DNA of 64,000 bases from positions 128,001-192,000 of the forward strand of contig JBGPFC010000003.1 in NCBI GenBank assembly GCA_041483195.1. The letters are read 5' to 3'. The translations under genes were made by a program, and so were the position numbers. Positions 31,851 to 43,035 of the stretch are shown piece after piece (the first letter of the stretch is position 1; each line of letters begins with the position of its first letter). The stretch comes from Candidatus Eiseniibacteriota bacterium (lineage in GTDB: Bacteria > Eisenbacteria > RBG-16-71-46). The notes beneath the pieces are model-generated. The model had not been told where the DNA came from. It made no database searches and was given only the letters and a program-made list of their open reading frames with translations.

Positions 31851-32407
31851 GGCGTGCGCCGACGCGCGCGCTTCGTCGCGGGCTTGCGAGCGGGGCGGGC
31901 CGCGGCGCGCGTGCGCTTCGCGGCCGCCTTGCGCGCGGGGCGGGCCGCGGCGCGCACGGCGTCCACGATCTTCTGGTAGCCAGTGCAGCGGCAGAGATTC
32001 CCGGCCAGCGCCTCGCGCACCTCGTCTTCGCCGGGCACGCGGCCCTTCGAAGCGCGCAGCAGCGCCCACGAGGAGATCAGCATGCCCGGGGTGCAGATCC
32101 CGCACTGCGAGCCGCCCATCGTGACGAACGCCTCCTGCAACGCGGAGAGTCGCCGGCCGCGGCTCAGGCCCTCGACCGTGACGATGGTCGAGCCCGCGCA
32201 CTGCCCGGCCGCGACCAGGCAGGAGTTCACGGGCTCGCCATCGAGCAGCACGGTGCAGGCTCCACACTCGCCCTCGCCGCAGCCTTCCTTGGTGCCCGGC
32301 AGCCCGCATTCCTCGCGCAGCACGTCGAGCAGGCGCTTCATCGGCGGCACGCTCACGCGCCGCGCCGCGCCGTTCACGGTGAAGCCGATCGTCTTGCGCC
32401 CGCTCAC
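31847..32407 (-). CDS. Xanthine dehydrogenase-family (2Fe-2S)-binding subunit
   Basis: GTG 32407. GTKEGCGEGECGACTV, QCGICTPG, GNLCRCTGY motifs and a basic C-terminal tail. Confidence 0.93.
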   Translation of the reverse strand: MSGRKTIGFTVNGAARRVSVPPMKRLLDVLREECGLPGTKEGCGEGECGACTVLLDGEPVNSCLVAAGQCAGSTIVTVEGLSRGRRLSALQEAFVTMGGSQCGICTPGMLISSWALLRASKGRVPGEDEVREALAGNLCRCTGYQKIVDAVRAAARPARKAAAKRTRAAARPARKPATKRARRRTP

Positions 32408-32924
32408 TCCCCGGCCTCCTCGCGCAGGTTGGCGAAGGGCGGGCGGCCGTGCGCCGCCACGAATTCCTTCAGCAATCGGGCCTCGACGTTCGCCGGATCC
32501 TCGGCGGGCGTCGGCATCCACGCGACGATCAGGCCGAGGTGATCGCGCAGCTGCCAGATTAACCGCCCGCCCCAGTGCGCGACGCGCTTGCCCGCGCCGA
32601 ATCGCATGTAGCGCTTGACGCGCTGCTGGAGCAGCGATCGCACGCCGGGGCCGCTCGCGCGGCCGATGTAGAGCGTCGGCGCGCCCGGCACCCATCGCGC
32701 CTCGAGCGCATCGACCGCGACCGATGGATCCGTGCCGCGATACCAGCCGCCGACGCTGCGCGCGAGAAACTCGGGCTTGCCTTCCGCATCGCGCAGCACG
32801 GTGTACACGCCGCGCACCGCCGGCACCTCGTCGCAGCCGCCGCGCCGCAGGTGCCCGACGCTGCGAAAACCCTCGAAGCCCGCGGCGCGCGCCTCGTCCA
32901 TCGCGCTCTCTTCCGTGGCCATCG

Positions 32925-32928
<4 letters not shown>
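32404..32928 (-). CDS. GIY-YIG-like nuclease-fold protein
   Basis: GVY...LYIGRA...LQQRV...E(ARLL)...PPFAN matches the GIY/YIG/Arg/Glu/Asn layout. 4-nt overlaps with both neighbours. Confidence 0.65.
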
Positions 32929-35297
<2,369 letters not shown>

Positions 35298-35298
35298 G

Positions 35299-36045
35299 CT
35301 AGAGCGCCACGTCGCGGTTCACGTTCTTGTAATAGATGTAGCGCGCCGGCTCCGAGCTGGTGGCGTAGAACGACTGCGGCACGTAGGGGCCCATCCAGAT
35401 GAAATCGCCCTCGCGCACCTCGTGCCAGCGATCGCCGAGGTAGTAGATGCCCTGCCCCTGGAGCATGTAGAGGCCGTGCTCCATGAAATGGGTCTCGGTC
35501 ATGGGCAGCGAATAGCCAGGCGGAAACGTGAAGATGTTCACCGCCATGTCGAAGGCCAGGCCCGCCGGGAGCAGCGTCTTGAGCAGCAGCTCCTCGACGC
35601 CGAGGAACGGCTCGCCCTTCACGTCGTGCTCGTTGCCGAACACGTCGTCGGGGCGCGCGGTGCCGAACGGCTCGTAGCATTTCTTCAGCCACAGCAGCCG
35701 GGTCGGCTGGGACGCGAGCACCCGGAAGGCCGAGCCGGGCGTGACGTACGCGAAGTCGCCGGCCTTGAGTCGGCGTCCGCGCCGGTTCAGGTCCACCTCG
35801 GCCTCGCCAGCGATCACGAAGAAGAACGCCTCGACCTGCGCCGCGAGCGTCTGCGCGCCGCCGCCGCCGGGCGCGACGTCGAGCAGGTACATCGCGAAGC
35901 GCGCGCCCATGGCCGGCGCCGCCAGCACGCGCGCTGCGGTATTGGTCCACTCCGCCAGCACGCTCTCCGGGATGCCCTCGGGCGGCAGGATCGCGTAGTT
36001 GCGCTCGACCACCGCGCGGCTCGTCGTGAGGCCCTTCTGTCCCAT
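35299..36045 (-). CDS. allE: (S)-ureidoglycine aminohydrolase (bicupin)
   Basis: ATG 36045. FDMAVNIFTF, ETHFMEHGLYMLQGQG.Y.L, GDFIWMGPYVPQ, YIYYKNVNRD motifs. Confidence 0.9.
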   Translation of the reverse strand: MGQKGLTTSRAVVERNYAILPPEGIPESVLAEWTNTAARVLAAPAMGARFAMYLLDVAPGGGGAQTLAAQVEAFFFVIAGEAEVDLNRRGRRLKAGDFAYVTPGSAFRVLASQPTRLLWLKKCYEPFGTARPDDVFGNEHDVKGEPFLGVEELLLKTLLPAGLAFDMAVNIFTFPPGYSLPMTETHFMEHGLYMLQGQGIYYLGDRWHEVREGDFIWMGPYVPQSFYATSSEPARYIYYKNVNRDVAL

Positions 36046-36124
36046 GCACGCTCCCGTTCTTTCCGCCTCGCTTCGGCGCGGCGTGTCGCCTACATTCGTG
36101 CGCTCCAAGGAGGACGAGACCCGC

Positions 36125-37483
36125 ATGGAAACCGTGCTGACCCCTCAGAACACGCGCGACATCCTCGCGCGGCTCGCGGATGCGAACCGCCGATTCGCGG
36201 CAGCGTACCCCGGAGACCGCGCCGACCGCCAGCCCGTTCACACCGTGTACGGCGGCGCGCACCTGTTTCGCGCCGACGTCGCGCGCAGGCTCGGCGAGGT
36301 GGCGCTCCGCACGCTCGAGGAGAACGCACCCGATCCCGTGACGTTCGCGCGCGCGCTCGCGCTGCCCGGCGACGAGACGCTCGCGCGCACGGTCTACGCG
36401 CGCGTGGTCGAGAAGCTGCGCCGCGAGCCGGTCGAGGACTTCCGAATCGACTTCGAGGACGGCTACGGCCACCGGACCGACGCCGAGGAGGACGCGCAGG
36501 CGGTGGCCGACGGCGAGGAGGTCGCGCGCGGAGTGCGCGAGGGCCTGCTCCCGCCCTACCTCGGCATCCGCATCAAGCCGCTCTCGTCCGAGCTGCACGG
36601 CCGCGCGCTGCGCACGCTCGACCTGTTCGTCTCGACGCTGCTCCGCGGCGCGGGCGAGCTGCCCGCGAACTTCGTCGTCACCATTCCCAAGGTGGTGGCG
36701 GCGGAGCAGGTCGCGGCGGTGGTCGAGGCCTGCGAGCTGCTCGAGCGCGCGCACGGCCTCGCGGCCGGCGCGCTCCGGCTCGAGCTGATGGTCGAGATGA
36801 CGCAGAGCATCATCGGCCCGGATGGCGTGGTCGCGCTCCCCGGGCTGATCGCGGCGTGCCGCGGGCGCTGCCGCGGCGCGCACTTCGGCACCTACGACTA
36901 CACGGCGGGGTGCAGCATCACCGCCACCTACCAGCTGCCCGCGCATCCCGCTTGCGATTTCGCGCGTCACGTCATGCAGGTGTGCCTCGCGGGCACCGGC
37001 GTCACGATCTCGGACGGCGCCACCACCGTGATGCCGGTGGGGCCGCATCGCGCCGCGCCGGGCGTCCCGCTCACCCCGGCGCAGAGCGACGAGAACCGCG
37101 CGGCGGTGCATCGCGCGTGGAAGATCCACTACGACGACGTGCGCATGTCGCTGCGCAACGCGTACTACCAGGGCTGGGACCTGATGCCGGGCCAGCTGCC
37201 AACGCGCTACGCCGCGGTGTTCGCGTTCTTCCTCGAGTCGCGAGCCGAGGCCGGGGCGCGCCTCAGGGCGTTCGTCGAGAAGGCGGCGCAGGCCACGCTG
37301 ATGGGCACGATCTTCGACGATGCGGCGACCGGGCAGGGCCTGCTCAACTTCTTCCTGCGCGGCCTGAACTGCGGCGCGCTCACCGAGGACGAGGCGCTCG
37401 CGACCGGGCTCACCCTCGATGAGCTGCGCGGACGATCGTTCGTGAAGATGCTGAACGCGAGAAGGGCGCGGGGCGCGGCGTAA
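36125..37483 (+). CDS. HpcH/HpaI-citrate-lyase-like TIM-barrel protein (DUF6986-type)
   Basis: AAGGAGG RBS. RQPVHTVYGGA, DFRIDFEDGYG, TIPKV, HFGTYDYTA, SDGAT, YQGWDL.PGQLPTRY motifs. Confidence 0.75.
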   Translation: METVLTPQNTRDILARLADANRRFAAAYPGDRADRQPVHTVYGGAHLFRADVARRLGEVALRTLEENAPDPVTFARALALPGDETLARTVYARVVEKLRREPVEDFRIDFEDGYGHRTDAEEDAQAVADGEEVARGVREGLLPPYLGIRIKPLSSELHGRALRTLDLFVSTLLRGAGELPANFVVTIPKVVAAEQVAAVVEACELLERAHGLAAGALRLELMVEMTQSIIGPDGVVALPGLIAACRGRCRGAHFGTYDYTAGCSITATYQLPAHPACDFARHVMQVCLAGTGVTISDGATTVMPVGPHRAAPGVPLTPAQSDENRAAVHRAWKIHYDDVRMSLRNAYYQGWDLMPGQLPTRYAAVFAFFLESRAEAGARLRAFVEKAAQATLMGTIFDDAATGQGLLNFFLRGLNCGALTEDEALATGLTLDELRGRSFVKMLNARRARGAA

Positions 37484-37513
37484 GCCGCCGCTCGCGGGGA
37501 ATCGGAGGCGGGC

Positions 37514-38107
37514 ATGGACACCACCGCGGTATTCGCCGAGATCCTGGTCGTGGGGCTCGAAGCCTGCGTGTGGATCGCGCTGCTGGTCGGCGCCTTCTTC
37601 GGCTTCGATTGGGCGCGCTCCGAGCAACTCAAGGGTTGGGCGGCGCTGGTCACGATTATCGCCGTCGCCTCGGCCTACACCCTCGGCATCGTCATGGATC
37701 GCGTGTTCGATTCGCTCTACGAGTGGATTCACCCGCTGCTCGAGAAAGTCTGCAAGCGGCTGCCGAAGACGCCGCGGGGAGGCGTGGAGTTCGGCGAACG
37801 GCGCGTGCGCGTGCTCCTGCACGAAGGCGCGCTGGTGCCGTTTCTCGAATACCAGAGGAGCCGCCAGCGCATCGCGCGCGCCACGGTCTTCAATCTTCCG
37901 CTGATCCTCGCGTGCGGAGACCTGTACCTCGGCCGCCGCGGCGGCGCCGGCCCCGAAACGCTCGTGTTCTTCAACGTCTCGATGGTCGTCCTGCTCGCGC
38001 TGAGTCTGTTCTCGGCATGGCGCATCGGCAGAGCCTACGACCGGCGCCTGAAGAACGCGGAAGACATCATGGCCGAGTTGCCCGCCGGGCCGAAGGCTCA
38101 CCCATGA
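37514..38107 (+). CDS. Hypothetical 4-TM membrane protein
   Basis: GGAGG RBS and four hydrophobic segments around a soluble loop (EYQRSRQRIARA). Confidence 0.7.
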   Translation: MDTTAVFAEILVVGLEACVWIALLVGAFFGFDWARSEQLKGWAALVTIIAVASAYTLGIVMDRVFDSLYEWIHPLLEKVCKRLPKTPRGGVEFGERRVRVLLHEGALVPFLEYQRSRQRIARATVFNLPLILACGDLYLGRRGGAGPETLVFFNVSMVVLLALSLFSAWRIGRAYDRRLKNAEDIMAELPAGPKAHP

Positions 38108-38655
38108 GATCCGCCGCCATCTGCTACCGGCGTCACGGCAGCCGCATCGAGTTCCTGCTGGTGAAGACCAAGGGCGGGAATCGCTGGACGTTCCCGAAGG
38201 GCCACGTGAAGAAGGGCGAGCGCCCGGACCTCGCGGCGGCGCGCGAGGCCCGCGAGGAGGCGGGCGTCACGGGGCGCGTCGAGGGCGGCGAGCTGCTGCG
38301 CTACCGATACCCCTCCGGGCCGGAATCGAAGTCGGACGTCGAGGTGCGCGCGTTCCTGATGGAGGTGGCCGAGGTCGCGCCCGCCGAGGAGCCGTGGCGC
38401 AAGCCGCGCTGGTTCTTCCCCGCTGCCGCCCAGAAGAAGCTCGCGGAGGGCCGCGGCGCGCACTACGCGAAGGAGCACGCGCGGCTGCTCGAGGCCGCGC
38501 TCGCGAAGCTGAACGCGGTGGAGGCGCTCGAAGCGAAAGTCCTCGCGAAGCCGCGGCGCGCGCCCGTCAGCTCCCGCGGTAGGTCGAGTACCCGTACGGG
38601 CTCAGCAGCAACGGCACGTGGTAGTGCTGGGTCGCGTCGGTTACCTCGAAGGTGA
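38104..38655 (+). CDS. NUDIX hydrolase
   Basis: ATGA-coupled start. WTFPKGHVKKGERPDLAAAREAREEAG Nudix box. C-terminus overlaps the antisense uraH fragment. Confidence 0.85.
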   Translation: MRSAAICYRRHGSRIEFLLVKTKGGNRWTFPKGHVKKGERPDLAAAREAREEAGVTGRVEGGELLRYRYPSGPESKSDVEVRAFLMEVAEVAPAEEPWRKPRWFFPAAAQKKLAEGRGAHYAKEHARLLEAALAKLNAVEALEAKVLAKPRRAPVSSRGRSSTRTGSAATARGSAGSRRLPRR

Positions 38656-38859
38656 GCATCACCTCCGGGAAGAAGCCGCGCGTGCCGGTCGCGCTGAAGT
38701 AGCTCCCGGTCATGAACGTGAGGCGGTAGAGCCCGGCGTCGACCCGGGCGCCGGCGGGGATCAGATCGCGCACGCGGCCGTCGGCGTCGGTCACGCGCTC
38801 GCCGAGCGCGGTCCAGCCGCGCTCGCCCCGATGGATCTCGAGGCGCACCGGCACGCCGC
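38557..38859. repeat. Direct repeat copy A (303 bp, uraH 3' portion)
   Basis: Aligns without gaps to 42160-42462 with 8 mismatches. Confidence 0.95.
38567..38859 (-). pseudogene. uraH: 5'-truncated uraH duplicate
   Basis: Lacks about the first 17 codons including the TTHVLD catalytic His; retains YHVPLLLSPYGYSTYRGS. Confidence 0.85.
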
Positions 38860-38886
38860 GGCCCGGCGATGACTCTGACTATTCAG

Positions 38887-41007
38887 TCATCTCACGACGA
38901 CGACTTTGGCGTTCGCGCTACGCCCAGCGGCGGTGGCCTTCACAAGATAGACACCGGCAGGCAATTGGTTCCCTGTTCTTCCTCTTCCATCCCACATTAT
39001 CTCGAATACACCATGGGTCAATGTCATCGTCCGCGATAGGACGCGTCTTCCAGAGGCATCAAACACCTCCAGCTGCCCGACGGTCTCGGGCTCAACTGGC
39101 AACTTGCCAGCAAAGTGAGTCGCCCCGCGCGTGGGGTTGGGAAATGCCGAGATTCCTGTCGCACCGGCGGGCCCCCACTGAACTCCTACGCCCGTCGTGG
39201 ATCCGCGCCGAATACCCGTGAGGTTGAATGATCCACAATTCCCCGCGGGACCATCGACGATGAGGAAGTACTCGCCGGACTGGTTGAAGAGATAGTCGAA
39301 GCTCGGCGGGGTTGCCCCGTCAACCGGATATGCCCCGGCGAGGCACTGAGTCGAATCGCCCGGGCAAGCGCTGAGGAGATACACCGCCGGGTTCCACCCG
39401 CCATTCACCGCCACGTCGAGCGAATCACCCGATTGCGCGAAGAACTTATAGACTACATCCCTTCCAGACATCTCATCAGCGACGCACGTTGTTGCGCCAG
39501 GATTGGGATCGACATCGTTTGCTCCGTAGCACGTTTGCCCAGTCACGCTGAAGTGCCCCGACGGCAGGCTCAGTGCTGTGGCGCAGCGATCGTTCGGCGG
39601 TGGTCCAGTGGGCTGGAATGTCCCGACCGAGACATCATCGACTGCAAAATCGGGCCCATTCGTGCCCTGGGCCCGAAACGCGAACTGGAGCGAGTCGCCC
39701 AGGTGCGACGTGAGACTGACGATCCGGTCTCGGTAGACAAACCGTGTCGCGGTGGGTTCGCCGCTCAGCGTCCAAACCGTCGTCCACCCGACGTCGCCCT
39801 TCCGACGAAGTAAACAAGACGCATCAACGGCACTCGCCAGATCGTGGTTCCCGGCCCAGTAGAAGGCCAGCCCCGAGTCGTTCGCCCCCACCATTATCAT
39901 CGGGGAAATGAGCCACTCATCGCTTGAGTTGGCATACGCTCCTCGAACAATTGCGGCGCCGACGCCAGAGCGCACGATCAAGGTGTCGACGCTACGCGCC
40001 CAGGCGTGCGGTGCGGGCGCTCCACTGGTCTGCACGCTCCAGCCAACAGGCGGGAACGTGGCTCCATCGAAGCTCTCTGAGAAGCTCGTTGCCGTTGTGG
40101 CCTCGCGCTCCTCGACTGCGGCCGGCCGCGCCGGTTCCTGCATGGGGACCCCGCTCGCGCGTATCGATCCGACCGTCGTCGCGAGCCGTTGCAATGCGGC
40201 CGCGCTCAGGTCGGGAACGCCACCCGGTGGCGCGTAAAAGGTCACGCCGTCGGCGATGCCTTGCGACACCTCAGATTGCGCCGCATCTGTGAGGATCGTG
40301 TTGAACTGGCACCGTGTGGAGATGAAGCAGACCTCGACCAAGATCGCGGGCGCATCCACGTCTCGAATCATGAAGAAGTTGCCGACCTTCAATCCACCAG
40401 GAATGGTGCCCCTGCAGCCGAAGCCGAAAGCCGCCTCGTAATTCGCCTGTGCTCTCGGCGACACGTAGCTGCCAAGGACGAAGCCACGTATGTCGCCCAT
40501 TATCAAGCCCACGCCAGAGTTCGGATTCCAATACGTATTGAGCTGCTTGAACGTGGTGTCCTGGGCTCCCGTTTGCTTCGACTTCGCCGTGGAGTTCATG
40601 TGAATACTGATGATGAAGCGCGCCCTGGCAATAAAGGGCGGGGCGGCATCGTTTGCGGTCTTGCCGTTCAGGATGCGCGTCCGCTGTGATGGCAGCAGCT
40701 TGAACGAGCTGCTGCCCTTGCTGTTCCTCGTCAAGGCCACGTCGTACCCATAGTCCCCCAACCAGGCCTGCAGCCAGTTCTGGCACATGGCGAAGGTGAT
40801 GTCCGCTTCATTGGGCCGGCCAGGACCGTCGATGCCTTGCGTGCCGGTGTCGGCGTTCCCGTGACCTGGATCGATCCAGCAGTCGATGATGGGGACCGCG
40901 TCGGCGCGAGGCGCGGCAACACACTCAAGAACTGCAAAGAGCAGCACGAGGAGGGCGGGCAGGCATCGCGCCCGGAGTGGCCAACGGCACAACCACCGGC
41001 TGAACAT
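38887..41007 (-). CDS. Secreted N-acetylmuramoyl-L-alanine amidase (Amidase_3) with adhesin/MAM-like and PPC-like domains and FlgD/T9SS-CTD-like tail
   Basis: GGAG RBS and signal peptide. IDPGHG...NE...SIHMNS...ILVEVCFI zinc/catalytic residues; FSESFD...DEWLISP...VDDVSV; PPNDRC...YFLIVDG; FPNP...WDGR...PAGVY...KVVVVR. Confidence 0.8.
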   Translation of the reverse strand: MFSRWLCRWPLRARCLPALLVLLFAVLECVAAPRADAVPIIDCWIDPGHGNADTGTQGIDGPGRPNEADITFAMCQNWLQAWLGDYGYDVALTRNSKGSSSFKLLPSQRTRILNGKTANDAAPPFIARARFIISIHMNSTAKSKQTGAQDTTFKQLNTYWNPNSGVGLIMGDIRGFVLGSYVSPRAQANYEAAFGFGCRGTIPGGLKVGNFFMIRDVDAPAILVEVCFISTRCQFNTILTDAAQSEVSQGIADGVTFYAPPGGVPDLSAAALQRLATTVGSIRASGVPMQEPARPAAVEEREATTATSFSESFDGATFPPVGWSVQTSGAPAPHAWARSVDTLIVRSGVGAAIVRGAYANSSDEWLISPMIMVGANDSGLAFYWAGNHDLASAVDASCLLRRKGDVGWTTVWTLSGEPTATRFVYRDRIVSLTSHLGDSLQFAFRAQGTNGPDFAVDDVSVGTFQPTGPPPNDRCATALSLPSGHFSVTGQTCYGANDVDPNPGATTCVADEMSGRDVVYKFFAQSGDSLDVAVNGGWNPAVYLLSACPGDSTQCLAGAYPVDGATPPSFDYLFNQSGEYFLIVDGPAGNCGSFNLTGIRRGSTTGVGVQWGPAGATGISAFPNPTRGATHFAGKLPVEPETVGQLEVFDASGRRVLSRTMTLTHGVFEIMWDGRGRTGNQLPAGVYLVKATAAGRSANAKVVVVR

Positions 41008-41061
41008 GGGTTTCTCCAGGCGCGATGCACTCGGTCAACCTGCGGGCTCCGCGCTGCGGGT

Positions 41062-41946
41062 CTAGCGACGGAGTTCGAAGACGAGATCGCGCCCAGCGAC
41101 GCGGGGGGTCGTACTGGGAACGCTCTTGACCAGGACCGCCACATTCGAAAGCCACTCCGGCTGGCTTTCGATCTCCTGTTGCGTTGCACTCACTCGGCAC
41201 GGCAACCAGCTCGATGTCGGCACTATCCACAAGTCCGCCGCCAGGACCGCTTCGTCCTCACCGACGGCGGTGGGCTTGGTGAAAGCTAGAAACTTCGAGT
41301 CAGGCGACCAGCTCAGCCCGTAGCTGCCGAGCGCACTCGAAGTCGCGATCCGGCGTAGGCGTCCGCGGACAAGATCGTAGACGCTCAGCACGACGTGATT
41401 GGTGCCCCGCTCTACTCCTTCGACGGCAATCCAGCGGGAGTCCGGCGACCACCGATACTCGTCAGCAGCTACTCGAGCCTCGACAACGATCCGCTTTCGC
41501 GTTCGCCGATCGATAACCGCCAATTGGTATGACTGACCCTGCGACGGATATGTCTCGCACGCCACGTATCGGCCGTCGGGAGACCACACTGGCCGCGTGG
41601 CCCACACGCCAGCGATGTCGTCCTGCGCCCCCGTCCGCATGTTCTCGATGAAGACCCGCGGATGGCCCTCGGGAGCGTCGACAATCAGGCGAAGCGAGTC
41701 GGGCCCGAGCACCGACGCTGGGTCAGCGCCGACCCCAAAGCGCAACTCGAGGACGGCTGGGCGGTCGGCGGGGCGTCTCTCCCGAACGCCGACCAGGGTT
41801 ACTGGACAAGGATGACCTCCGGCTTGACGACCCCCCGCCAAGGCTCCGTATGGTCCGGAGAGTAATAGCGCAAGGAGCATGAGCAGGCCGCCGTGCGGTC
41901 TGCGAATAGGCCGTACCGCCACCACGCTGTGAGTACGCTCAACCAT
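41062..41946 (-). CDS. Exported TolB/PD40-like beta-propeller protein
   Basis: Hydrophobic leader and three WSPD repeats (PVWSPDGRYVA, WSPDSRWIA, WSPDSKFLAF). Start uncertain (41880-42048). Confidence 0.7.
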   Translation of the reverse strand: MVERTHSVVAVRPIRRPHGGLLMLLALLLSGPYGALAGGRQAGGHPCPVTLVGVRERRPADRPAVLELRFGVGADPASVLGPDSLRLIVDAPEGHPRVFIENMRTGAQDDIAGVWATRPVWSPDGRYVACETYPSQGQSYQLAVIDRRTRKRIVVEARVAADEYRWSPDSRWIAVEGVERGTNHVVLSVYDLVRGRLRRIATSSALGSYGLSWSPDSKFLAFTKPTAVGEDEAVLAADLWIVPTSSWLPCRVSATQQEIESQPEWLSNVAVLVKSVPSTTPRVAGRDLVFELRR

Positions 41947-42053
41947 GGGCCATTGCTCCTCGGCGGTTCCGCAGTGAACCAAATCCCCACAGGCAGGCAG
42001 GAAAGTATCACCGAACCCGAAGGGTCTGGAGGAGGCATTGAGCGGCACGGCGA

Positions 42054-42096
42054 ATAAAGAAGGAAGGGAAGGGGAGCGGGCTCACGCCCGCTCCCC
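42054..42096 (-). terminator. Rho-independent terminator downstream of intact uraH
   Basis: Perfect 11-bp stem GGGGAGCGGGC-4 nt-GCCCGCTCCCC followed on the minus strand by TTCCCTTCCTTCTTTAT. Confidence 0.7.
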
Positions 42097-42159
42097 GGTG
42101 CTCGCGAGTCTTCGGTCTGCCATCGCGAGATAGCGCGGGTTTCGCTCGATCCCGAGGCT

Positions 42160-42462
42160 CGCGCGCCCGTCAGCTCCCGCGGTAGGTCGAGTACCCGTAC
42201 GGGCTCAGCAGCAACGGCACGTGGTAGTGCTGGGTCGCGTCGGATACCTCGAAGGTGAGCATCACCTCCGGGAAGAAGCCGCGCGTGCCGGTCGCGCTGA
42301 AGTAGCTCCCGGTCATGAACGTGAGGCGGTAGAGCCCGGCATCCACTCGTGCGCCGGCGGGGATCAGATCGCGCACCCGGCCGTCGGCGTCGGTCACGCG
42401 CTCGCCGAGCGCGGTCCAGCCACGCTCGCCCCGGTGGATCTCGAGGCGCACCGGCACGCCGC
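42160..42462. repeat. Direct repeat copy B (within intact uraH)
   Basis: Partner of 38557-38859. Confidence 0.95.
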
Positions 42463-42514
42463 TCGCGGGCGCCCCGCGCGCGAGATCGAGCACGTGGGTC
42501 GTGATCCCGCTCAT
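42170..42514 (-). CDS. uraH: Hydroxyisourate hydrolase
   Basis: ITTHVLD...TDADGR...YHVPLLLSPYGYSTYRGS transthyretin-like signature. Confidence 0.95.
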   Translation of the reverse strand: MSGITTHVLDLARGAPASGVPVRLEIHRGERGWTALGERVTDADGRVRDLIPAGARVDAGLYRLTFMTGSYFSATGTRGFFPEVMLTFEVSDATQHYHVPLLLSPYGYSTYRGS

Positions 42515-43035
42515 GCGCGCGCCTCCAGCAGCTTCTCGAGCCTGATGCGTGTGATCTTCACCTGTTCCTCCGCGGCGATCGCCAGCTCGCGCTCCTCGTC
42601 GTTCACGATGCGCGCGCGCAGCAGGCCGAGCATCTGGTCCACGCTCTTGCCGGTCGCGCAGACGATGAAAATATAGCCGAACTTCTCGGCGTAGGCCCGG
42701 TTCTCCTCGGCGAGCGCCGCGAGCGCGGGCTCGGGAGCCGCCGCGGCCCCGCGCTGCTCATCTTGCGCCCACGCGGCGGTGGCCGCGAACTTCTCGCGCA
42801 GCGACGCGACGTCGCCGATCCGCGGGTGATGCGCGAACGCCTCGAGCCAGTCCTCGCGATCCAGCTCTCGAAACACGCCGCGCGCCGCCGCGAACACCGC
42901 CTCGGCGTCGCGGAACGGGAGCGACTCGCACATGCGCGCGGTCCAGCGCGACGAGCCGCAGCAGCGCTCGAACTCGGCGCGCGCCTCGGACTCGGGCAGG
43001 CTGTTCAGGTCGTCGATCGTCAACTCGTCACCCAT
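42511..43035 (-). CDS. uraD: OHCU decarboxylase
   Basis: ATG 43035. EAFAHHPRIG, EQRG, NRAYAEKFGYIFIVCATG, EQVKITRIRL motifs. Confidence 0.92.
   Translation of the reverse strand: MGDELTIDDLNSLPESEARAEFERCCGSSRWTARMCESLPFRDAEAVFAAARGVFRELDREDWLEAFAHHPRIGDVASLREKFAATAAWAQDEQRGAAAAPEPALAALAEENRAYAEKFGYIFIVCATGKSVDQMLGLLRARIVNDEERELAIAAEEQVKITRIRLEKLLEARA

Larger units (their letters stand above)
38557..42462. mobile_element. Putative integrated cassette (3603-bp unit) bounded by uraH direct repeats; no integrase
   Basis: 303-bp direct repeats, visibly lower-GC interior, two cargo genes and an internal terminator. Confidence 0.6.

Noticed and set aside
38567..38854. 95-aa ORF as a second functional HIU hydrolase
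   Set aside because: It is missing the N-terminal TTHVLD catalytic segment and has no evident RBS.
38557..42462. Prophage, IS or complete DGR
   Set aside because: No integrase, transposase, reverse transcriptase or phage structural genes are recognisable anywhere in the window.
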